This document shows, piece after piece, positions 16,929 through 24,181 of a stretch of 24,181 nucleotides of DNA; the first letter of the stretch is position 1, and every line of letters begins with the position of its first letter. The position numbers and the translations under genes are program-made. The notes under the pieces are model-generated. The model saw only the letters and a program-made list of their open reading frames with translations. It was not told the origin of the DNA and made no database searches. The DNA is taken from positions 1-24,181 of the forward strand of contig CAZBPC010000049.1 of NCBI GenBank assembly GCA_964493715.1, given 5' to 3'. This DNA is from an uncultured archaeon. Its GTDB lineage: Archaea; Asgardarchaeota; Lokiarchaeia; Sigyniarchaeales; SOKP01.

Positions 16929-18371
16929 TTAGAAAATAATTCCATCAGTTCTACCTTTAATAGGTTCGGAATGCAGAATAATTTCAGTTAAATTCTCTTG
17001 CTTTAGTAAATTCCCTATCTCTTGTTCTAATGATGTAATAATGTCGTGTACTTTAGAGATATTAAGAGCACCATCAAAAAATATATGAAGTTCAAGTATG
17101 CAACAATCTGGGGCTGTCCAAAATTCTAATCCATGATATCCTCTTACCTCTTTATTACTTCTTAATAAAGTCTCCAATGAATCTTGTATTTCTATTTTCT
17201 TTTTTGACTCAATGGGAGTACAGATCAGATTATCTACTCGTAATTTCTTTACTAATGCTTCTGATTCAATATGAGTAATAATACGGTATATTAAAGGTTC
17301 CTGAGTTTTTAATTGTTTTTCAAAGTCGCTACATACATTATGAGCTTCTTTTAGGGAAATATCTTCATTTACAATGATTGAGACAGAAATGAAATATTTT
17401 TCTTGAATTCTAAATACGTTTAAATCTTGAAAATCCACGATTTCTTCAAATTCTGCAATCATGGAATATAAAAGGTTAACAATTTTCTCACTAATTGAAG
17501 ATTCTCCACTTAATGGATTCATTTCTATTATCGTTTCAACTTTATATGAAGAAAAATATTTTTTAGTCAAATTATTGATTGATTTAGTTATTTCATTTGC
17601 ATGTATTAAAGGAATATGATCCTCCACTAAGATATGAGCTTCTAAAAATAACATATCTCCACTTACCCTAACTTTTAAATCCTCTAACGCATTGACATGG
17701 TCCAAATTGAGGATATTTTGTTTTATCTCTTCTAAAATTAAAGCACTAATTGGATTCACATCGATCAATTCTACTATTCCTTCCTTCGAAAGTTTAATTG
17801 CTGTAAAAATGATCCAAATTGCTAAGATGATGCTAAAAATAGGATCAAGATATTCTATGCTTAAAAATAACGCGACTATGAAGTTTATAATTATCAAAAG
17901 CGCTCTCAATGAATCTTGGAAAAGATTTAATCCTTGAATTTTAAGAGAAAGACTATTTTGTTTTTTTCCTTGCCATATTAATATTCTTGAAAATATTATA
18001 TTAATTGTAAACGAAATTATTATTAATTGAAGACCTATACCAGGATTTATAAAGCCATACGTTCCTTGTATGAGAGATTGTATTGCTGTAAATATTATAA
18101 TTCCATATAAATTAATCAATATGATTCCTTGAATCAATCCTCCAATTGAATCAATCTTTTTATGACCATACATGTGTTCATAATCAGGAGGTTTTTGACT
18201 TAAATAAATTGAATATATTGTTAGAATAACAAAAAAAATATCCGTTAAGGTATCAATAGTCTCTGATAATAAACTCAGACTACCAGTAATTAGTACACCA
18301 CCTAATTTTAAAACGGATTGGATCAAAATCACAATAAATGCTACTATTCCATATTTTATTTTTATATCCAT
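16929..18371 (-). CDS. Cation diffusion facilitator (CDF) metal exporter with three tandem C-terminal (ZT_dimer-like) domains
   Basis: TGSLSLLSE.IDTLTD, KPPD.EH.YGH.K, LDPIFS. Three C-terminal repeats (EAHILV..HIPLIHANEI; VSIIV..ISLKEAHNV..ITHIES; ELHIFF..LNISKVHDI..ILHSEP). ATG 18371 or GTG 18380. Confidence 0.92.
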   Translation of the reverse strand: MDIKIKYGIVAFIVILIQSVLKLGGVLITGSLSLLSETIDTLTDIFFVILTIYSIYLSQKPPDYEHMYGHKKIDSIGGLIQGIILINLYGIIIFTAIQSLIQGTYGFINPGIGLQLIIISFTINIIFSRILIWQGKKQNSLSLKIQGLNLFQDSLRALLIIINFIVALFLSIEYLDPIFSIILAIWIIFTAIKLSKEGIVELIDVNPISALILEEIKQNILNLDHVNALEDLKVRVSGDMLFLEAHILVEDHIPLIHANEITKSINNLTKKYFSSYKVETIIEMNPLSGESSISEKIVNLLYSMIAEFEEIVDFQDLNVFRIQEKYFISVSIIVNEDISLKEAHNVCSDFEKQLKTQEPLIYRIITHIESEALVKKLRVDNLICTPIESKKKIEIQDSLETLLRSNKEVRGYHGLEFWTAPDCCILELHIFFDGALNISKVHDIITSLEQEIGNLLKQENLTEIILHSEPIKGRTDGIIF

Positions 18372-18447
18372 ATAAACCACTTAATATTAGGTGAAAGATC
18401 TAAAGATTTTCTAAAAATAAAAGTTATGTAATAAAAAGAAAAAAAGA

Positions 18448-19680
18448 TTACAAATTTCTTGGTATCTTCATTTCAATATCCGATATTGGATACGAAGCAC
18501 ATGGATGGAAATAATTAAACTTTTTATCTGCTGATCGTCGCCAATCTGAGATTGGATTTACATATACTTCTCCTGATATGAGAAGAGATCGACAAAATCC
18601 ACATTCTCCAGAGCGACATTTTGATGGTGGGGCTAAATTTGCCCTTTCTAATGCAACCAAAACAGATTCTGTAGACATAGCGGGTATCTCTTTAGATAGC
18701 CCTCCTATATGAATTTTAAGTTTGAAAGTCTTTTCTGCAACTTCTTTAGGAAAGTCAGGATGTTTTAAAATATCCTTAATTTCTCCAAAAGCTTCTCTGC
18801 GAATTCTCTTTATTGGTAAATTAAACTTGTTGAGTTCTTTTTCTACGAAATCGTACATGACTTGTGGTCCGCATATGAAAAATGTGGTTGAGTTTACATC
18901 ACAATACTTCTCTATAATTTCTTTAGTAATGAATCCTTTCTCACATCCTTCCAAAGAAACCTCCTCACAACTAAGAACATGGATAATTTTTATTTTAGCT
19001 GGATTATTTTTCTCCATTTCTTTAAATTCATCATAGAAGATTATATCATCCTCTTCAGAACTTCCATATAATAATGTTAAACGTGCATCGATTTGACCTT
19101 CATCTATTGCTTTTGCAATCGATCTAAAGGGGGTAATTCCTGAACCTCCAGCAATTCCAACAATATTTTTTAAATCCCTTAATCTCTCAAAAAAGAAGAA
19201 TCCTTCCGGACCTGAACTTTCAATCTTAGTTCCCACTTTCCAATTATCCCAAAGATAATGGGTTATGAAACCATTTTCTTCTTTTTTAATCGAAATTTCG
19301 TAAAAGCCTTTTGCGACATCTGTCGGTGAGGAAGCAATTGAATATGGTCTAGTAATTCTGACACCATTAACATCAACTTTTAAGCTGAGATACTGTCCCG
19401 GTCTAAAATAAGATAATTCTTTAGTTGTTGATTCAGGGTCAGGGACTACTTTGAAGGTTTTAGTAGATTTAGTTTCCTCTTTGATATCATCAATTATTAT
19501 AAATTGCTTTTCGGGATGTAATTTTCTCGCGAGATCATTTATTGGATCCTTTGTAATTGGCTTGCTCGATGCACGTTCTATCCGTTTCATTCTATTGGGT
19601 ACAAGCTTAGTAAAAGCAAATAAGTCCTTTGTATTGCTTTTAACAGTTACTTCTAATTTTTCATCATTCTTTTTACTCAT
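18448..19680 (-). CDS. FAD/NAD(P)H-binding ferredoxin reductase-like protein with C-terminal [2Fe-2S] domain (Hcr/PaaE/KshB-type architecture)
   Basis: FRPGQY, RPYSIASSP (FAD), IAGGSGITPF (NAD), FICGPQVM, C-terminal CRSGECGFC...HPC. ATGA 4-bp overlap with the upstream gene. Confidence 0.92.
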   Translation of the reverse strand: MSKKNDEKLEVTVKSNTKDLFAFTKLVPNRMKRIERASSKPITKDPINDLARKLHPEKQFIIIDDIKEETKSTKTFKVVPDPESTTKELSYFRPGQYLSLKVDVNGVRITRPYSIASSPTDVAKGFYEISIKKEENGFITHYLWDNWKVGTKIESSGPEGFFFFERLRDLKNIVGIAGGSGITPFRSIAKAIDEGQIDARLTLLYGSSEEDDIIFYDEFKEMEKNNPAKIKIIHVLSCEEVSLEGCEKGFITKEIIEKYCDVNSTTFFICGPQVMYDFVEKELNKFNLPIKRIRREAFGEIKDILKHPDFPKEVAEKTFKLKIHIGGLSKEIPAMSTESVLVALERANLAPPSKCRSGECGFCRSLLISGEVYVNPISDWRRSADKKFNYFHPCASYPISDIEMKIPRNL

Positions 19681-21245
19681 GCTTTTCCACCCTCCTCTAA
19701 TATTTTTCCTAAAATTAGTTGCGCCGAAATAACTCCATCATTCATCGCGCTACTATATCCATGAGCTCGTCTGTTAAATCCTCCAGCAAATTCAAGCCCT
19801 TTAATATATACGTCTTTACCCATGCTCATTAATCGTGGTACTAAGGAATCCCAAGATTCAGGTTCATAACCATAAAAAATACCCTTATAATGCCTTGTAT
19901 ATCTAGCAAAAGTAGCAGGAGTCGCGATTTCAATTTCTTCAATGTGATTTCTAATAGAACTTCCTGTAGCTTTTTCGAAATAAATGAGTAGATCTTCTGC
20001 AATTTTGGTCTTTAAATCATAATAATCTTCTGGTTTAACCTCTTCCCAAGCCTCAGCTCTATAAAGCGTCGTTATATCTAACATGCAAGTTCCTGGAGGT
20101 GAGCAATCGGGAACCGCATTATTAAGAACTACGCATGCTAAGCCTTTAGGGGCTTGAAGCGTAGTCCACGAGTCATACACATCCTCAGTATCCATATTAT
20201 TCATGATAAAATAACCATATTCAGTCAAACCTAACTCTTTTGCCGTGGCATCTAATCCTACATAGACAACAAAGCCAGTTAATCCATGAATACGTGCGTT
20301 TACATCTTTATATGCAATTTCTGGAACCTCTGATTTTGGATAGATTAGTTTATTATATGTTAATATCGGAGATGCATTACTGATTACATAATTTGTCTTG
20401 AATTTATCCCCGTTTGTAGTTTCTACTCCGATAACCATCCCATTCTCAACAATTATCTTATCTACTCTAGTATTATATTCAATTCTTCCTCCAAATTCTC
20501 TAATTTTTGCATCAAACGCAGTTGTAAAACCATGTGATCTATTTGTAGGGATCCATCCCCCTAATTCAGCGTATTGAAGTACCATTGCTGCAAAAAGAGT
20601 AAAATTAATTCTGCTTTCTGGAAGTCCTAAATATGCCCAATAACCATTAAGAATTTTCTGAGCTTGTTTAGGAATGCCCAATGCATCCTCAACCTCTTGG
20701 ACGGAATATGCTGCCGTTTTAAGAAAATTCGAATATTCTTTCATTAATACTCCTTGATCTGGTTTACCTTTGGTACTTCCAATATATGAAAACGCAGCGC
20801 TAATCTCTTGTGCAACATCAAAGAAATTTCTGACCGATTCCTTACTCCCAGGCACTTCTTTTTCTAAAGCTTCGATAAAATTATCAACTCCAAATGGCAT
20901 GGTGACATCCATTTTTTCGTCAGGATCAGTTAATATTAATCTATAAGCTTCCGGAACCTGAACAAATTCAGTATCTAATTGAAGTTTATCTTCAAACATA
21001 GTTCGAATGCTGCCCTTATTGGTTTTGGGTCCATAACTAGCAAGTTCATGTAAAGATGTCTCAAATTCGAATCGGCCTCTTACAAAACTTGTTGCTACAC
21101 CCCCGGGTAAATTGTGTTGCTCTATCATTATAACCTTAATACCTTTTTGAGCTAAAAATGCTGTTGCGGCCAATCCACCATTCCCTGCTCCAATAACTAC
21201 AACATCAAATGATTCTTCAATATTTTGTTCCTTCTTATTACTCAT
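19677..21245 (-). CDS. Phytoene desaturase / retinol saturase-like (COG1233) FAD-dependent oxidoreductase
   Basis: FDVVVIGAGNGGLA...EQHNLPGG.ATSFVRGRFEFE (Rossmann fold plus family motif), VISNASP, EIATPATFARYT...GIFYG, KGLEFAG. Confidence 0.88.
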   Translation of the reverse strand: MSNKKEQNIEESFDVVVIGAGNGGLAATAFLAQKGIKVIMIEQHNLPGGVATSFVRGRFEFETSLHELASYGPKTNKGSIRTMFEDKLQLDTEFVQVPEAYRLILTDPDEKMDVTMPFGVDNFIEALEKEVPGSKESVRNFFDVAQEISAAFSYIGSTKGKPDQGVLMKEYSNFLKTAAYSVQEVEDALGIPKQAQKILNGYWAYLGLPESRINFTLFAAMVLQYAELGGWIPTNRSHGFTTAFDAKIREFGGRIEYNTRVDKIIVENGMVIGVETTNGDKFKTNYVISNASPILTYNKLIYPKSEVPEIAYKDVNARIHGLTGFVVYVGLDATAKELGLTEYGYFIMNNMDTEDVYDSWTTLQAPKGLACVVLNNAVPDCSPPGTCMLDITTLYRAEAWEEVKPEDYYDLKTKIAEDLLIYFEKATGSSIRNHIEEIEIATPATFARYTRHYKGIFYGYEPESWDSLVPRLMSMGKDVYIKGLEFAGGFNRRAHGYSSAMNDGVISAQLILGKILEEGGKA

Positions 21246-21299
21246 AATCTCACAATTTTTTTTTTAATTATAATTTCATAATTCTTTATTTATTTTGAA

Positions 21300-21319
21300 T
21301 TTGATAACTTTTTATCAAA
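21300..21319. promoter_or_regulatory. Perfect 8-4-8 inverted repeat in the divergent promoter region (candidate operator)
   Basis: TTTGATAA-CTTT-TTATCAAA within the 154-bp spacer between the COG1233 gene and the GRE gene. Confidence 0.55.
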
Positions 21320-21399
21320 ATCTACCTCAAAAATATTTTAACAAATTTTAATAACTACAAAATCAATCATTAAATAAAATAATTTTTAGGGAATTTACC

Positions 21400-24181
21400 A
21401 TGCAAGTATTAGATGTAGAAAAAGAACTTGAAAATTTTAAAGGTCAGCTAAATTTACTGGCTATGATCTTCGATACCCGCAGAAAAATGCGTAGAGAGAT
21501 ATATAATGAAAAAACAGGATTCATTTTTAATGCAAAATATCAATTCACGACAAAAGATGATGCTTTTAATGTTTACGTAATTTTTAAAGATGGAAAGATG
21601 ACTGTCGCTGATGGAAAAATTGAGAATCCAAATATTACAATCTATTATAAAGATAAGCAGACTTTGGCTAACCTATATAGCAAGAGTGCTGAAGAATCGC
21701 TTGATTATCTTTTAACAAATGAAATGGGATATATTGGTAACATGAGTTATCTTACTAAATTCTCTTATCTCACATCGCTCGTGATGGGGGCTAAAATCAA
21801 GGATTATAAGGGTCCTGAAAATCGCTTGCTTTACCCAATTGAGGATATTGATAATAGAAAACTCAAAAATGAAGGTTTAAGCTATAAAGTTGATAATGTT
21901 AAAGTATTAGAGGATCCCTATTTATCTAAATATTCTATAAACGATTTTCCTAGGCTAAAATATTTAAAAAATAGGAGATTTGCCTTGAAACCGGCAATTT
22001 GTGTGGAAAGGGCGAAGTTAGTTACAGAATATCATATGGAAAATGGTTTTGAAGTAGATAAATCCGGAAATCCTTTTGATCCAGAATTAAGACAAGCTGG
22101 AGCGGTGAATTATATAATGGCTAATAAAGCGCCAATAATTCACGATGAGCATCTTATTGCTGGCTCCACTACTTCAAAAGAAGTTGGCATACCAATGTAT
22201 CCTGAACTCATAGCAACAGCAATATGGCCCGAATTAAAAACAATAGGCGAACGAGAACTCAATCCGAATGATATTTCAGATAAAGATGCTGATATTTTGA
22301 GTCTTGAAGTTTTTCCTTACTGGATGGAACGAAATGTGAGGGAATTTTGCAGAACAAAAAATAATAATCCAAAATCCCAAGCTTTAGAAGAAGGATGGGT
22401 TTTCTATTTTATGATGAAAACTAACGCCATTAGCCATACCGTTCCTGGATTTCCAATGGTGATCAATGAAGGCTTGGAAAGTGTAAAAAATAAAGCTAAA
22501 AAATTAGAACTGGAAACTGAAGAAGCAGAGAAAAAGAATTTTTATAAAGCAATTCAAATCGCAATTGAAGGGGTTTTAATTTATTCAACACACTTGAGTG
22601 AGGAAGCTCTAAAAATTGCTGACAGTTTGGACCCTAATAACCCAGATCAAGCAAAAAGAATATCAGAATTAAAAGAAATTTCAAAGATATGCGCTAAAGT
22701 GCCCGCAAAGCCTGCAGAAACCTTACAAGAGGCTATTCAATCAATCTGGACTAGTTTTGTATGCCTTCATTGTGAAAATGCTAATTCTGCATTGTCTATT
22801 GGTCGACTTGATCAGATGCTTCAGCCCTTTTTCTTAAAAGATGTTGAAAAAGCACATGATGAAGCAGAGAAACAAAAAATCATAAAACGTGCTATTGAGC
22901 TGGTGGGGTCCTTTTTTCTAAGAATAAATGACCACGATCCATTAATGCCAAACGTAGGATGGAAGTTATTTGGTGGTAGCTCTTCAGATGACACCGTAAC
23001 TGTTGGAGGTGTGGATAGAGAAGGGAATGATGCTGTTAATGACATGTCTTTTATCATTTTAAAAGCAAATGAAATGCTAGGTTTTCAAGATCCAAACATG
23101 AATGCTAGATATTATTCTGGAATTAATTCTAAGGAATATTTACGGAGGCTTACTGAAGTAAATATTAATATGGGGGCATCTCCAAGTATCCATAATGACA
23201 AAACTATGATTGAAGCATTGGTCCATGAAGGCTTTTCATTGGAAGATGCTAGGGATTGGGGCGTTACGGGCTGTGTTGAGCCTACAATTGTGGGGAAACA
23301 TTATGGTCATACAAATTGCATGCTTTTGAATTTGGTTGCTCCTCTAGAAATGGCATTAAATAATGGAATTATTCCACTGACGGGGGATAAAATGGGTCTT
23401 GAAACTGGGGATGTTCGATTGGCTTTTCCCACTTTCAATGATTTCCTTGATGCTTATAAAGCACAACTTAAGTATTTAGCTGAACAATCAATTGAAATTA
23501 ATAATTTTCTTGGGAAAGCACACGAGGTTATCCATCCAACACCTCTCTTATCTGGTTTTTATCAAGGACCACTAGAAAAAGGTAAGGATCTTATAAAAGG
23601 AGGAGCAATTTATAACACCTCAGGGGTTGCTCTTGTGGCGCTTACTGATGTAGTTGATAGTTTATTAGTTATAAGAGATTTAGTGTATAATGGAAGGGAT
23701 TTCGATTTTGCTATGTTAATGGATGCTATTGAAAATGACTTTGAAGGCTATGAATCAATTTTAAATAAAATAGATCAAGTTCCTAAGTTTGGATCCGGTG
23801 AAGAATCTACGATCAAGTTAGCTCAAGATATTATCGATTTCTGTTATGGAATATACAATTCTGCTGATAATTATAGGGGTGGCAAATATCTAGTTGGATA
23901 CTGGTCGATTAGTTACCATACTGGATTTGGAATGCTCACTGGTGCTTTACCTTCGGGTAGAAAGAAAGGAAAGGCATTAACTCCAGGGTTAACACCTGCT
24001 CCAGGAACTACTGACATATTACTTCCCAGTATTCAGAGTGTTGCAGCTTTAGATTATTTAAAAATGGCTAATAATGCTTCATACAATGTAAAGTTAGTAC
24101 CCCATGCTGGAGACAGTCATGAACAGACATTAGATTTATTTACTAGTTATGTTCAGAGCTTTTTTGATTTGAATGGAATGC
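21400..24181 (+). CDS. Glycyl radical enzyme (PFL superfamily, GCVEP type) with N-terminal SCP2-like lipid-binding domain; 3' end runs off the window
   Basis: Not in ORF track. Open frame of at least 927 codons from ATG 21400. Core: RLKYLK..PAICVERAKLVTEY, LIAGS, AETLQEAIQSIW, SIGRLDQML, TVGGVDREGNDAVND, DPNMNAR, EDARDWGVTGCVEP (Cys625, nt 23272-23274), PKFG, GALPSGRKKG.ALTPG.TP. The Gly-radical loop should lie beyond the window edge. Confidence 0.93.
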   Translation, partial: MQVLDVEKELENFKGQLNLLAMIFDTRRKMRREIYNEKTGFIFNAKYQFTTKDDAFNVYVIFKDGKMTVADGKIENPNITIYYKDKQTLANLYSKSAEESLDYLLTNEMGYIGNMSYLTKFSYLTSLVMGAKIKDYKGPENRLLYPIEDIDNRKLKNEGLSYKVDNVKVLEDPYLSKYSINDFPRLKYLKNRRFALKPAICVERAKLVTEYHMENGFEVDKSGNPFDPELRQAGAVNYIMANKAPIIHDEHLIAGSTTSKEVGIPMYPELIATAIWPELKTIGERELNPNDISDKDADILSLEVFPYWMERNVREFCRTKNNNPKSQALEEGWVFYFMMKTNAISHTVPGFPMVINEGLESVKNKAKKLELETEEAEKKNFYKAIQIAIEGVLIYSTHLSEEALKIADSLDPNNPDQAKRISELKEISKICAKVPAKPAETLQEAIQSIWTSFVCLHCENANSALSIGRLDQMLQPFFLKDVEKAHDEAEKQKIIKRAIELVGSFFLRINDHDPLMPNVGWKLFGGSSSDDTVTVGGVDREGNDAVNDMSFIILKANEMLGFQDPNMNARYYSGINSKEYLRRLTEVNINMGASPSIHNDKTMIEALVHEGFSLEDARDWGVTGCVEPTIVGKHYGHTNCMLLNLVAPLEMALNNGIIPLTGDKMGLETGDVRLAFPTFNDFLDAYKAQLKYLAEQSIEINNFLGKAHEVIHPTPLLSGFYQGPLEKGKDLIKGGAIYNTSGVALVALTDVVDSLLVIRDLVYNGRDFDFAMLMDAIENDFEGYESILNKIDQVPKFGSGEESTIKLAQDIIDFCYGIYNSADNYRGGKYLVGYWSISYHTGFGMLTGALPSGRKKGKALTPGLTPAPGTTDILLPSIQSVAALDYLKMANNASYNVKLVPHAGDSHEQTLDLFTSYVQSFFDLNGM

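Noticed and set aside
21301-21318. Palindrome as an FNR box (TTGAT...ATCAA)
   Set aside because: The half-sites are 8 nt apart rather than the 4 nt required for FNR. Kept only as a generic operator candidate.
11924-23057. Remaining 60-105 aa ORFs antisense to hppA, Ldh_2, CDF, the reductase and the GRE, plus 14036-14218 and 14370-14564
   Set aside because: No recognisable motifs, and most lie opposite well-supported genes.
21400-24181. Calling the GRE pyruvate formate-lyase (pflB), CutC or a benzyl/alkylsuccinate synthase
   Set aside because: It has a single-Cys GCVEP loop rather than the PFL Cys-Cys pair, no small accessory subunit genes are visible, and substrate residues cannot be assigned by eye.
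1-24181. CRISPR array, transposase, integrase or prophage
   Set aside because: No regularly spaced repeats or mobile-element motifs were seen; intergenic A/T runs are consistent with promoters and terminators.

Overview
AT-rich archaeal chromosomal segment. An archaeal-type SRP RNA, AGGTGA ribosome-binding sites and the gene content suggest an Asgard/Lokiarchaeia-like organism (inference). In order: a URO-D/MtaA-like gene (partial), a 3-methyladenine DNA glycosylase overlapping an antisense ~305-nt SRP RNA, a small membrane protein, a coiled-coil protein, a USP, two tandem P3A (PMA1/AHA-like) H+-ATPases, an alpha-glucan phosphorylase, a K+-independent H+-pyrophosphatase, two tandem Ldh_2-family dehydrogenases and a CDF metal exporter with three C-terminal domains. 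The most interesting locus is at the end. A phytoene-desaturase/retinol-saturase-like flavoenzyme is translationally coupled to an FNR-[2Fe-2S] reductase. Divergent from them, across an 8-4-8 palindrome, lies a glycyl radical enzyme (GCVEP type, missing from the ORF track) carrying an N-terminal SCP2-like lipid-binding domain. Together these are a candidate anaerobic radical lipid-modifying system. Two genes (USP, glgP) appear to start at ATT codons placed 6 nt after an SD-like motif. No mobile element, CRISPR array, tRNA or rRNA was seen. All family assignments are by motif recognition, not database search.
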